Shown: positions 17,119 through 26,499 of the stretch, in pieces
Position numbering within the stretch: position 1 is the first letter of the stretch
Layout: every line of letters begins with the position of its first letter
Assembly (NCBI GenBank): GCA_900549275.1
Contig: URNU01000001.1
Coordinates: 1-39,186, forward strand
Length of the DNA: 39,186 bases
Direction of reading: 5' to 3'
Source: an uncultured Collinsella sp.
Lineage (GTDB): Bacteria > Actinomycetota > Coriobacteriia > Coriobacteriales > Coriobacteriaceae
Translations under genes and position numbers: made by a program
Notes under the pieces: generated by a model
Databases searched by the model: none
Seen by the model: the letters and a program-made list of their open reading frames with translations, nothing else
What the model was told of the DNA's origin: nothing

Positions 17119-18270
17119 TTACTGTTCGGTTAACGCTACGGATCGATTTGGAAGGCTGACGAGCATGGTGGTTCCGTTCTCGGAACTTGTTTCGACCTCT
17201 ACCGTGCCACCGTGAAGCGCTGTAATTTCCCAAACGAGCGCTAGTCCGAGTCCTGCGCCGCCGTATGCCCTGCTGCGGGATTTATCCAGGCGAAAGAACG
17301 GTTGGAAGATGCTCTCACGGTACTGCTTGGGTATTCCCGGGCCCTGGTCCTCGACTCGCAGGAGCACGTGGCTGTTGTTGTCGCAGATGGAGACGTTGAC
17401 AGTCGAGCCGGGGCGGCTGTAACGGATGGCATTTTCGGCCAGGTTAAACACCAGCCGATAGAGGAGCGTGTCGCTCCCGATTACTAAAGCGTCTCCAGCA
17501 CAATTGAGGGCTATGCCCTTATTTTCGGCAAGTGGCGCAAGGTCGGTGAGGACCTCTTCGGACAAGGGACCAAGTTCAACATCGTCCTCGCAAGGAACGC
17601 TGCGGAGCTCACTCATCTCGAGCAATACCTTGGTCATTCGAGACATGCGCTCGGTTTGTTCTTGTAGCAGGTCGAGCAGCTCGGCTGTTTCGGGTTGCAA
17701 ACCGGAGTGCTCGGAGATGAATAGTTCAATCTGTGCTTGCATAAGGGCGAGCGGGGTGCGCAGCTCGTGTGCGGCGTTGCCGGTAAACTGACGCTGTGCA
17801 GAGAACCCTTCGCCAAGACGGGCGATCATGTCGTTGAAGGAGGCGCTGCATCGTTGTAGCTCGGTGGGCACATCTTCATTGAGTCTGATTTCGCTTAGGT
17901 TGTCAGGCTGCACACGCTCAACCTGGGCTGCAAAAGCCCGTAGCGGTTTGAGCGCACGGCCGCTCACAAAGTATGCCAGCACGCCGCCAAGGAGTGTGAC
18001 TCCAGCCGTGATGCGCCAGGCTGTCGTGCCAAAAGACTCCTGTGCGTCGTTTACGACGATCGTGACCTCGTCATCGGGGGTCGCTTTCGTTGGGTCGAAC
18101 GCCTGGAGCGAATCTTCGCCGGTTGCGTTAAAGGCCGAGATGTCGCTGCCGATGGCATCCATGTAGCGCATGCCCGTATAGCCGACCAGGCAGTTCGTCA
18201 GCACGCACGCTGCACACGTCAGCAGTGCCGTCATGATCGTTATGCGCCATTGCAGCGAAAGCCTTTTCAT
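17119..18270 (-). CDS. HAMP-domain sensor histidine kinase
   Basis: Two TMs, HAMP, AAHELRTP, NLAENAIRY, DQGPG, GAGLGL. Confidence 0.95.
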   Translation of the reverse strand: MKRLSLQWRITIMTALLTCAACVLTNCLVGYTGMRYMDAIGSDISAFNATGEDSLQAFDPTKATPDDEVTIVVNDAQESFGTTAWRITAGVTLLGGVLAYFVSGRALKPLRAFAAQVERVQPDNLSEIRLNEDVPTELQRCSASFNDMIARLGEGFSAQRQFTGNAAHELRTPLALMQAQIELFISEHSGLQPETAELLDLLQEQTERMSRMTKVLLEMSELRSVPCEDDVELGPLSEEVLTDLAPLAENKGIALNCAGDALVIGSDTLLYRLVFNLAENAIRYSRPGSTVNVSICDNNSHVLLRVEDQGPGIPKQYRESIFQPFFRLDKSRSRAYGGAGLGLALVWEITALHGGTVEVETSSENGTTMLVSLPNRSVALTEQ

Positions 18271-18941
18271 TCGCTATCCTCCATAACGTAGCCCTCTCCA
18301 ATCCGATTGCGAATCGGGTCGTATCCCAAAGCGCTGCGTAGCTTTTTGCGGAGTGACGAGATGTGAACGCGGGTTGCGTTGCTAAAGCTGTTTACGCTGC
18401 TATCCCAAACGTGCTCGATAAGCTCCTCCTGACTTACCGGACGCCCCTGATTAAGCATCAGGTATTCCAAGATTCCCGTTTCCTTGCGTGTAAGAGATAA
18501 AGCCTCGCTGTCCACGGAAGCGATGCGCGCCTTGGTATCAAAGCTGAGCTTTCGACAGGTTAAAACTATGTCGCTTTGTGTAAAGCGTCTGAGGGTAAGG
18601 TTACGAATCCTTGCCGCAAGCTCGTCCAGATGAAACGGCTTGGTGAGGTAATCGTTGGCGCCGGCATCGAGTCCGGCGACTTTATCGGATACTTCGCCAC
18701 GTGCGGACAGAATCAGTACCTTAGTCTCGCAGTCAGTTTTCCTAAGTTCCCTGAGTACGGTCATGCCGTCGATACGGGGAAGGTTGAGGTCGAGTACCAC
18801 GAGGTCGAAGGCCTCAACGTCCAGTAGGTCGAGCGCCTCCTGCCCGTCGTGACAGCAGTCGACGCTGTACGCCAAGTTTCGCAGGCTGCGCGCGATTGCA
18901 TCACACAGCGCTCGCTCGTCTTCGACGATTAAAATACGCAT
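18267..18941 (-). CDS. OmpR-family response regulator
   Basis: LIVEDE, LDLNLP, DYLTKPF, winged helix; AAGGAG RBS; 4-nt overlap with the kinase. Confidence 0.95.
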   Translation of the reverse strand: MRILIVEDERALCDAIARSLRNLAYSVDCCHDGQEALDLLDVEAFDLVVLDLNLPRIDGMTVLRELRKTDCETKVLILSARGEVSDKVAGLDAGANDYLTKPFHLDELAARIRNLTLRRFTQSDIVLTCRKLSFDTKARIASVDSEALSLTRKETGILEYLMLNQGRPVSQEELIEHVWDSSVNSFSNATRVHISSLRKKLRSALGYDPIRNRIGEGYVMEDSE

Positions 18942-19032
18942 AACAGTCTCCTTGCACATTCCAAATCGCGCTTAACACGGATTTTATAGTCGATATGGTC
19001 CAATAGGTCGTGTGACGAAAGGAGTGGTCAGG

Positions 19033-19179
19033 TTGTTCAAAGCGATAAAACCTGTAATGCAGGTTGCGTTGCTGATCGTCGGTGTGGCCATGGTGTGCTT
19101 TGGCGTTATGCGTGGCGAGGCGGATGCCGTGCTGGCCAAGGCGATTAGGCTGTGCTTGGAGTGTATCGGAATTGGATAA
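19033..19179 (+). CDS. Small CXXC membrane peptide (CD1871A-like), 48 aa, absent from the ORF track
   Basis: AAAGGAG RBS, TTG start, MFKAIKPVMQVALLIVGVAMVCFGVMRGEADAVLAKAIRLCLECIGIG*. Confidence 0.85.
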   Translation: MFKAIKPVMQVALLIVGVAMVCFGVMRGEADAVLAKAIRLCLECIGIG

Positions 19180-20074
19180 AAGAAAAAACACTGTATCGCA
19201 TGTTTTGGCCCGATTTCGCGGATTCATTCAGGCGGCGGCAACGCTCATCACCAACATTCACCTACCTAACTTTGCCAAAGGCGGCATCTATCAGGGCGCG
19301 GGAAAAACAGTCTGCGTACCTGGACTTAATTGCTATTCGTGCCCCGCGGCATCGGGTGCGTGCCCCATCGGGTCGTTCCAGTCGGTGGTAGGTTCATCCA
19401 AGTTCAACTTTTCTTACTATGTTACCGGTACGCTCATTTTGCTCGGCGTGCTGCTGGGACGCTTTGTATGCGGCTTTCTGTGCCCGTTTGGCTGGTTTCA
19501 GGAGCTGCTTCACAAGATTCCCGGCAAAAAGTTCTCCACGAAAAAGCTTAAGCCGCTCACGTACATCAAGTACGTCGTGCTGCTGTTTGCCGTGGTATTG
19601 CTGCCTGTGCTGGTGGTTAACGACGTGGGCATGGGCGACCCGTTCTTTTGTAAGTACATCTGTCCACAGGGTGTGCTCGAGGGCGCCATTCCACTGGCCA
19701 TCGCCAATGCCGGCATTCGATCTGCGTTGGGACATCTCTTTACTTGGAAACTTGCCGTTCTCATTGCCGTGGTAGTGCTGAGCGTTTTGTTCTACCGCCC
19801 CTTCTGCAAATGGATTTGTCCACTCGGCGCATTCTATGCGCTCATGAATAGGGTGTCCCTACTGGGGATCCGGGTCGATGCATGCAAATGTGTCTCGTGC
19901 GGCAAGTGCTCAAAGGTTTGTCAGATGGACGTTGATGTGGTCCGCGCGCCCAATCATGCCGAATGTATCCGGTGCGGAAAGTGCATCGGGGCCTGTCCTG
20001 TCGATGCCATCAGCTATCGCTATGGCCTGGATGTGTCGGCGGAAAAGCTTCCCTTGACCGCCGATAAAAAGTAA
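19172..20074 (+). CDS. Membrane 4Fe-4S binding protein (NapH/MauN-like polyferredoxin)
   Basis: CVPGLNCYSCP, three CxxxCP motifs, two CxxCxxCxxxC ferredoxin motifs, several TMs; TTG start overlaps the small ORF. Confidence 0.88.
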   Translation: MDKRKNTVSHVLARFRGFIQAAATLITNIHLPNFAKGGIYQGAGKTVCVPGLNCYSCPAASGACPIGSFQSVVGSSKFNFSYYVTGTLILLGVLLGRFVCGFLCPFGWFQELLHKIPGKKFSTKKLKPLTYIKYVVLLFAVVLLPVLVVNDVGMGDPFFCKYICPQGVLEGAIPLAIANAGIRSALGHLFTWKLAVLIAVVVLSVLFYRPFCKWICPLGAFYALMNRVSLLGIRVDACKCVSCGKCSKVCQMDVDVVRAPNHAECIRCGKCIGACPVDAISYRYGLDVSAEKLPLTADKK

Positions 20075-20097
20075 ACAAGCTTCGACAAAACGGAGGA

Positions 20098-21075
20098 ATG
20101 ACTATGAAGCTTTCTAAGATTGCGGCCCTGTTTATGGTGCCGGTATTGGCCTTGTGCCTTGTGGCATGTTCGGCGCCCGGTGGCAATGCGAGCGAATCTG
20201 CGGGCTCCGATCCTAAGATTGCAGAACTCACTGCGCAGAAGCCGGCCAATGCCGACGAGGCCGCCGAGCTGTATGCGAAGCTCATGCAGAAGGAGAACGA
20301 GATTTTTTCGAGTGATAACGCGCTGTGGGAAAAGGTATTCAATGCGGCAAATAAAGACTCGGCAATGATTGAGGACGGCAGCAATTACGGCGATTTTCTG
20401 CTCAAGACCATCGACGGCGCCAAGGATGAGTTCACGGCGGATGAGCTTAAGACGCTCAAGGCCGGCGCACAGCAAATCAAGGAGATCGAGGACAAGCTCG
20501 AGAGCCTGGAGAAGGAGTTCCCCGGCTGTGGAAGCACGCCGAGCGCGGGCGAGAGCGTCGACGCTTCGACCGCTGGCATGACGACTGGTGCCAATGCTTC
20601 GAGCGAGGCGACGAAGTTCCCCAGCTTTACGGGCAAGGACCTGGACGGCAACGACGTGAGCAGCGACGAGCTGTTCTCTAAGAACAAGGTTACCGTCATG
20701 AACTTCTGGTTCACTACTTGCAAGCCGTGCGTGGGCGAGCTGGGCGATCTTGAGAAACTGAATCAGGAGCTTGCCAAGAAGGGCGGCCAGGTCGTGGGCG
20801 TCAATTCCTTTACGCTCGATGGCAACAAGGGCGAGATTGCAGATGCCAAGGACGTGCTGAGCAAGAAGGGCGTGACATATAAGAACATCTGGTTCAAGTC
20901 GGATAGCGAGGCCGGTAAGTTTACGTCAAATTTGTTCTCGTTCCCGACAACGTATGTCATCGATCAGAATGGCAACATCGTAGGGGAGCCCATCGTGGGA
21001 GCCATCAGCTCCGCCGAGCAGCGTGCAGCACTCAACAAACTTATCGACCAGGCGATTGCGAATAGCGAGCAGTAG
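20098..21075 (+). CDS. TlpA-family thiol-disulfide reductase lipoprotein
   Basis: Lipobox LVAC, NFWFTTCKPC, FPTTY cis-Pro motif; extra N-terminal helical domain. Confidence 0.9.
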   Translation: MTMKLSKIAALFMVPVLALCLVACSAPGGNASESAGSDPKIAELTAQKPANADEAAELYAKLMQKENEIFSSDNALWEKVFNAANKDSAMIEDGSNYGDFLLKTIDGAKDEFTADELKTLKAGAQQIKEIEDKLESLEKEFPGCGSTPSAGESVDASTAGMTTGANASSEATKFPSFTGKDLDGNDVSSDELFSKNKVTVMNFWFTTCKPCVGELGDLEKLNQELAKKGGQVVGVNSFTLDGNKGEIADAKDVLSKKGVTYKNIWFKSDSEAGKFTSNLFSFPTTYVIDQNGNIVGEPIVGAISSAEQRAALNKLIDQAIANSEQ

Positions 21076-21155
21076 AAGACGCGTAAAGCATGGCGAGGAT
21101 CGTGTGTCGCTGTGCGAAGTAGTCCGCTACCTTTCAAGATAAGCTCCAGCATATT

Positions 21156-21182
21156 GAGGTCCCGCTCGGGACCTCTTCTTTT
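21156..21182 (+). terminator. Intrinsic terminator
   Basis: GAGGTCCCG-ct-CGGGACCTC followed by TTCTTTT. Confidence 0.8.
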
Positions 21183-21328
21183 GGGCACCGTCCTGCTCGT
21201 TTTTTGGCGCGGTTCGTTACATTCCTCACTGGCGCCGGTAAAAAATGGGGATAGAGTAGGACAAACGCGTCGAATACGAACGGCGGAGGAGAGCGGGCAG
21301 GGTGCCTGCGCAGGAGAGGTTGCCGTCC

Positions 21329-24300
21329 ATGCTGGAGCTCAAAGGAATTTGCAAAAGGTACGTTACGCAGTCGTTTACGCAGGTGGCGCTCAACAACGTA
21401 AGCCTGTCTTTTCGTGATAACGAGTTCGTGGCCATTCTGGGTCCCTCAGGCTCGGGCAAAACTACGATGCTCAACGTTATTGGCGGACTCGACCACTTTG
21501 ACTCGGGCGACTTGCTGATCGACGGTATTTCGACCAAGGACTTTCACGATCGCGATTGGGATGCCTACCGCAACAACCGCATCGGCTTTGTGTTCCAAAG
21601 CTATAACCTCATTCCGCATCAGACCATTTTGGAAAACGTGGAGCTGGCGCTCACGCTCACGGGTGTGGGGCATGCCGAGCGCCGCCAACGTGCGTGCGAG
21701 GCGTTGGAGAAAGTCGGCCTGGGCGAGCACGTTAACAAGCGCCCGAGCCAGCTTTCGGGTGGACAAATGCAGCGCGTGGCGATTGCCCGCGCCCTGATCA
21801 ACGATCCCGAGATTGTGCTGGCGGACGAGCCGACCGGCGCTTTGGATTCAACGACATCCGTACAGGTCATGGATCTGCTCAAGGACGTGGCGCGCGACCG
21901 CCTGGTCATCATGGTCACGCACAATCCCGAGCTGGCGTACCAATATGCCACGCGCATCGTCAACCTGGCGGACGGCAAGATCACCGACGATTCCGACCCC
22001 TTTGATGTAGCAAAGGCCGCGCGTCGCGAGGCCAAGCCTACGCGCAAAACCTCGATGAGCTTTGTGACGGCGCTGGGGCTTTCTGCTCGAAACCTCATGA
22101 CCAAGAAGGGTCGCACGGCCATGACTGCCTTTGCGGGCTCGATTGGCATTATCGGTATTGCGGCGATCCTGGCGCTCTCCAATGGCGTGAACAATTACAT
22201 CAAAAAGGTCGAGGAGGATACGCTCTCGAGCTACCCGCTCACCATTTCCAAGCAGGATTACGACCTGTCGTCCATGATGGGCGGACAGGGGGCTGCGGAT
22301 GATGACTCGCCAGAAAATGTGGATTCGTCCGACGACAGTGCCGGCGGCAAGGCTAAGGGAACCGATAAAATTCCCGTGGTTACGGCCGTAAAGGATATGT
22401 TTGCGAGCGTTAAGTCCAACGACATGACGAGCTTTAAGGCATGGCTCGATGCCGGTGGCGACGGCATCGATAAAGAAGTCAATGCTATCCAGTACGGTTA
22501 TGGCGTGACGCCGGTTGTCTATCGTGCCGGCAAGGGCGACGAGAAGCCCGTCCGGCTTGTTCCCAACGCTATGACCGAGGCCATGAGCGGCGGCGCGAGT
22601 TCGGCGGCGACGGTGAGCATGGAATCCATGGGAACCTCGGTCTTTAACGAGATGATTGACGACCAGAGCCTGCTCGACAGCCAGTACGATGTCGTCGCCG
22701 GTCATTGGCCCACGACCGCAAACGAAGCCGTGATGGTGCTTTCGAGCCGCGGTACGGTGGGCGACTATACGCTCTACAGCATCGGTTCGCTGGATATCAA
22801 TGAGCTCAACGACCTGGTTAACAGTGCCATGGCGGCCGACGGCAAGGTCGAGACGCCCGAGACCGGCACCGACTTTACCTACGACGATGCGCTGTCCACG
22901 ACGTTTAAGGTGCTGTCGCCGGCCGATGCCTATCGCAAAAACGAAGAGACCGGCATGTGGACCGACATGTCTGGCGACGCTGACTTTATGGCCGCCAAGG
23001 TTGCCGACGGTATCGACGTGCACATTGTGGGCGTGGTGCGACCTAACGAGACGGCCAACGCGAGTGCGTTGTCTCCGGGCATTGCCTATACGCATGCACT
23101 GACTCGCCAGCTTATGGAGCGCGCCGCCGATTCGCAGATTGTGCAGGAGCAGCTCGCCCACCCCGAGACGGATGTCTTTACGGGCAAAACCTTCGACGAA
23201 CTGCAAGGCGAGGCCAAGCAAGGCGTGGATCTGGGCAGTATGTTCAGCGTGGACGAGGCGGCACTGAAGAGCGCGTTCTCGTTCGATGCATCTGCGCTCT
23301 CGGGTGTTGCCGACAGCATGGACCTGTCGGGTCTTGACCTGTCCGGGCTGGACATTGACCTTTCGGGCGTTGGGAAGGACATCGACTTCAGCGACATCAT
23401 GGCCAAGGCGCCGACCCCAGATTTCTCGGGCATCTTTGACGGTCTGGAGCTCACACCCGAGCAAATGCAGCAGGTGGGAACGCTTGCCAACCAACTGTTT
23501 GAGGGCTTTTTGCAGTCTGATCACTTTAAGGCCCTGACGCCCGAGGACCTTAAGGACGCGTCGAAGCTCGCCGCCGCATTCTCGGCGTATCTTGAGAATG
23601 ATGCGGCAGCCCAGCAAATCCAGGCCCAGCTCAAAGCCCTCGGCGGCGATGCCCTGGCCGAGCGCCTGCAGCAGGCGATGACCGACTATGTGCAAAAGCA
23701 GCTGGCTCCGTATCTGCAGCAGGCTATGGATCAGGTGATGAAGGCAATCAGCGAGCAGATAGCGTCGACGGTATCATCCCAGCTCAAGGCGGGCACGGCA
23801 GGGCTTATGGACCAGGTGGCGACGCAGATGTCTTCGAGTTTTGCCAACCTGGCGAGCGCCATGCGCGTGGATGCAAGTGCCTTTGCTCATGCCATCCACT
23901 TCAACATGGACGCCGAGGACCTGAGCTCGCTCATGATGAGCTATGCGAAGGCGTCGAAGCTCACCTACGACAACAATCTGACCACGTTGGGCTATGCGGA
24001 CGAGGCAGACCCCATCTCAGTCAAGATTTTCCCGCGTGACTTTGAGGCCAAAGAGCGCGTGCTCGATCACATCGGCGCGTACAACAAGCAGGTCAAAGCC
24101 TCTGGCCACGATGAACAGGCAATCTCATACACCGACTACATGGGCATCATCATGGGTTCGGTGACCGACATCGTGAACACCATCAGCTTGGTGCTCATCG
24201 CATTCGTGAGTATCAGCCTGGTGGTGAGCTCCATCATGATCGGCATCATCACCTACATCAGCGTGCTGGAGCGCAAAAAGGAGATTGGCATCCTGCGTGC

Positions 24301-24583
24301 GATCGGCGCGTCGAAGCGTAACGTGGCCAACGTATTCAATGCTGAGACCTTTATCGAGGGCCTCATTGCCGGCGTCTTTGCTGTTGTCGTCGTGGTGGCC
24401 GTAAGCTTTCCGGTTAATGCCTGGGCGCTTGCTGCCAAACAAGTACCCAATCTGATGAGCCTGCCCGTGCAGGATGCGCTGATGCTCATCGCGATTTCGG
24501 TGCTGCTGACGGTCGTTGCCGGTCTGCTACCGGCCCGCAGCGCATCCAAAAAAGACCCCGTGGAAGCTCTGCGCTCCGAATAA
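21329..24583 (+). CDS. Fused ABC transporter ATPase/permease (MacB/FtsX-like)
   Basis: GPSGSGKT, LSGGQ, LADEP, VTH; C-terminal SVLERKKEIGILRAIGA...DPVEALR; large extracytoplasmic region. Confidence 0.93.
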   Translation: MLELKGICKRYVTQSFTQVALNNVSLSFRDNEFVAILGPSGSGKTTMLNVIGGLDHFDSGDLLIDGISTKDFHDRDWDAYRNNRIGFVFQSYNLIPHQTILENVELALTLTGVGHAERRQRACEALEKVGLGEHVNKRPSQLSGGQMQRVAIARALINDPEIVLADEPTGALDSTTSVQVMDLLKDVARDRLVIMVTHNPELAYQYATRIVNLADGKITDDSDPFDVAKAARREAKPTRKTSMSFVTALGLSARNLMTKKGRTAMTAFAGSIGIIGIAAILALSNGVNNYIKKVEEDTLSSYPLTISKQDYDLSSMMGGQGAADDDSPENVDSSDDSAGGKAKGTDKIPVVTAVKDMFASVKSNDMTSFKAWLDAGGDGIDKEVNAIQYGYGVTPVVYRAGKGDEKPVRLVPNAMTEAMSGGASSAATVSMESMGTSVFNEMIDDQSLLDSQYDVVAGHWPTTANEAVMVLSSRGTVGDYTLYSIGSLDINELNDLVNSAMAADGKVETPETGTDFTYDDALSTTFKVLSPADAYRKNEETGMWTDMSGDADFMAAKVADGIDVHIVGVVRPNETANASALSPGIAYTHALTRQLMERAADSQIVQEQLAHPETDVFTGKTFDELQGEAKQGVDLGSMFSVDEAALKSAFSFDASALSGVADSMDLSGLDLSGLDIDLSGVGKDIDFSDIMAKAPTPDFSGIFDGLELTPEQMQQVGTLANQLFEGFLQSDHFKALTPEDLKDASKLAAAFSAYLENDAAAQQIQAQLKALGGDALAERLQQAMTDYVQKQLAPYLQQAMDQVMKAISEQIASTVSSQLKAGTAGLMDQVATQMSSSFANLASAMRVDASAFAHAIHFNMDAEDLSSLMMSYAKASKLTYDNNLTTLGYADEADPISVKIFPRDFEAKERVLDHIGAYNKQVKASGHDEQAISYTDYMGIIMGSVTDIVNTISLVLIAFVSISLVVSSIMIGIITYISVLERKKEIGILRAIGASKRNVANVFNAETFIEGLIAGVFAVVVVVAVSFPVNAWALAAKQVPNLMSLPVQDALMLIAISVLLTVVAGLLPARSASKKDPVEALRSE

Positions 24584-24616
24584 TGTGACAAAGGGACAGC
24601 CCCTTTGTCACATTGA
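24584..24616. repeat. REP-like palindrome, copy A
   Basis: TGTGACAAAGGG-acagc-CCCTTTGTCACA; direct repeat of 25426-25458 (29/33 identical). Confidence 0.85.
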
Positions 24617-24629
24617 GTGGCTTGCAAAA

Positions 24630-24815
24630 TCGAGATCTAATACTTTTCCCGAGAAGTGAACGAGTGAAAACGCACCCCCGAAGCATCGACACTTTTGAGA
24701 TGCAATTTCCTGCGGTTTTGTCAGTCAAATCCTGCGGTTTTGATGCCTAAAAATGTCGATGCTTCGGGGGTTCAAAAATGGTCGTTCACTTCTCGGGAAA
24801 AGTATTAGACCTCGA
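24630..24815 (+). repeat. ~186-bp MITE/REPIN-like long palindrome, copy 1
   Basis: 34-bp terminal inverted repeat with 1 mismatch, inner 17-bp IR CCCCCGAAGCATCGACA, central direct repeat TCCTGCGGTTTTG x2. Confidence 0.85.
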
Positions 24816-24885
24816 GATATAGACGGCGTTTGCGAGCGGCAACCAGAGTGCAGCCTCCTAGTTCTTCTTTGCAGAGAGCATAAGG

Positions 24886-25149
24886 CTAATCCGCGACGCT
24901 TTCGCACACGGGCTCCAAGGCATCTTGCGCGATGGCAAGCTGCTCGGCGGCGCCGCCCAGGTTGCCATCGCGCAAGATTGTTATCGCCGTTCTTGAGCAA
25001 GCGGCCGGCAGCTTGCGTGGCGAGCACGCTGGCTGGAGTTCCCTTTGGCGAAACACAATATCGTTGATCATTTGGAGTGGCAGGATCAGCAGACATGCTA
25101 CGAATGCCATGATGAGCGCAATCGCTGCGATCTTGCCGTTCGTGAGCAT
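24886..25149 (-). CDS. Possible small membrane protein (87 aa)
   Basis: MLTNGKIAAIALIMAFVACLLILPLQ hydrophobic start; weak RBS and internal 17-bp hairpin make it doubtful. Confidence 0.25.
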   Translation of the reverse strand: MLTNGKIAAIALIMAFVACLLILPLQMINDIVFRQRELQPACSPRKLPAACSRTAITILRDGNLGGAAEQLAIAQDALEPVCESVAD

Positions 25150-25157
25150 TAGTAAAT

Positions 25158-25339
25158 CGAAGGTGAATGGTTTTACGAGAAGTGAGCGACCTATTCTGGA
25201 CCCCTGTAGCATTCGCACTTTTGGATGCAAAAACCGCAGGATTTGAGCGACAAAACCGCAGGAAATGGCTCTCCAAAAGTGTCGATGCTTCGGGGGTCCG
25301 ATTTCACTCGTTCACTTCGCGGGAAAGTATTCACCTTCG
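25158..25339 (-). repeat. ~182-bp MITE/REPIN-like long palindrome, copy 2 (inverted, diverged)
   Basis: Reverse complement aligns with copy 1 along its length; termini CGAAGGTGAAT/ATTCACCTTCG. Confidence 0.85.
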
Positions 25340-25425
25340 TTGCATGAGGCGACGGAGGGAAGGGTGATTATCGTCAAGTAGCCACCTCTGCCTTGTGAAT
25401 CATCTGAAGCACAAGGCATAATGCA

Positions 25426-25458
25426 TGTGACAAAGGGACGGTCCCTTTGCCGCATTGA
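25426..25458. repeat. REP-like palindrome, copy B
   Basis: TGTGACAAAGGGACGGTCCCTTTGCCGCATTGA. Confidence 0.8.
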
Positions 25459-25469
25459 TCTGAGAGTAG

Positions 25470-26429
25470 ATGTTGATGATTCTATCGTTGGCCCCTATGG
25501 AGGGGATTACCGGGCATGTGTTCCGTCGCGTGCATGCGGAGTGCTTCGGTGCGCTCGATTGCTATTACACGCCGTTTTTGCCGCCGCCGCGGGTGGGAAA
25601 CCGCTTTGGCGGCAAGGCGTTTAAGGAGATCGATCCTGCCAATAACCAGGGGCTCAACGTAGTGCCTCAGCTGATGTCCAAGAACGCAGACGAGTTTGTG
25701 TGGGCGGCACAGGTGCTCGCCGACATGGGCTACCGCGAGGTCAATCTCAACTTGGGTTGCCCCTCGGGAACAGTTGTCGCCAAGGGCAAGGGCTCGGGTT
25801 TCTTGCGTAATCTCGACGAGCTCGAGGTATTCTTGAGTGACGTGTGCGAGCGATCGCCGTTGCCGGTGTCGGTCAAGACCAGGCTGGGTCTGGAGAGCGA
25901 TGACGAGTATGAGCGCGTGCTCGACCTTTACTGTCGCATGCCGCTGGCAGAGCTGATCGTGCATCCGCGCGTACAGAAGGATCGCTATACGGGCTCGCCG
26001 CGCAAGGAGTTTTATGGCGAGACGTTGAAGCGGGCACCGTTTCCCGTGGCATACAACGGCGATATTTTTGATCTTGAGGATATGGATGCGCTGGTGGAGG
26101 CCTATCCCGGCACGCGCCATGTAATGCTGGGACGCGGCCTGCTCGCGAACCCCGCGCTGGCTCGCATGGTTAAGGGCGGCCCTGTTGCCACGGCAGCCGA
26201 GCTGCAGCGCTTCCACGACACGCTGTTTGCAGCCTATGCGGACGAAATTGGCGGCAATGCGGTCTTTCGCATGAAGGAGTGGTGGTTCTACGCCAAATGC
26301 GCCTTCGCCGACCCCGCTACCGTTCACAAGCTCGTACGTAAGACCAAAAAGGTCGACGAATACCGCGCCGCCGTCGAGCGCGTCTTTCGCGAGCAGCCAC
26401 TTGCGCCTATAGCCCGTTTCCACGACTAG
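25470..26429 (+). CDS. dus: tRNA-dihydrouridine synthase family protein
   Basis: LAPMEG, NLNLGCP, SVKTRLG, VHPR, YNGDI, MLGRG. Confidence 0.9.
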   Translation: MLMILSLAPMEGITGHVFRRVHAECFGALDCYYTPFLPPPRVGNRFGGKAFKEIDPANNQGLNVVPQLMSKNADEFVWAAQVLADMGYREVNLNLGCPSGTVVAKGKGSGFLRNLDELEVFLSDVCERSPLPVSVKTRLGLESDDEYERVLDLYCRMPLAELIVHPRVQKDRYTGSPRKEFYGETLKRAPFPVAYNGDIFDLEDMDALVEAYPGTRHVMLGRGLLANPALARMVKGGPVATAAELQRFHDTLFAAYADEIGGNAVFRMKEWWFYAKCAFADPATVHKLVRKTKKVDEYRAAVERVFREQPLAPIARFHD

Positions 26430-26437
26430 TTAGTCGT

Positions 26438-26479
26438 CGGGGACGTTCTTTAACGACTAGTCATTTAAGAACGTCCCCG
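26438..26479. repeat. GGGAC-type REP-like palindrome
   Basis: CGGGGACGTTCTT...AAGAACGTCCCCG around GACTAGTC. Confidence 0.8.
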
Positions 26480-26499
26480 CTGACTACCTGCAAAAAAGC

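Noticed and set aside
19082..19171. N-terminal extension of the Fe-S protein in the ORF track
   Set aside because: It is an alternative frame of the CXXC peptide gene; TTG 19172 is the better start
21848..23695. 615-aa minus-strand ORF (also 2784-3686, 11706-12857, 25482-26423, 38078-39175)
   Set aside because: Antisense shadows of well-supported genes
24725..25276. 183-aa and other ORFs spanning the palindromic units
   Set aside because: They read through repeats and carry no transposase motifs
24584..25458. CRISPR array or DGR template/variable repeats
   Set aside because: No regular repeat-spacer period, no cas or RT gene; copies are inverted and differences are not adenine-specific
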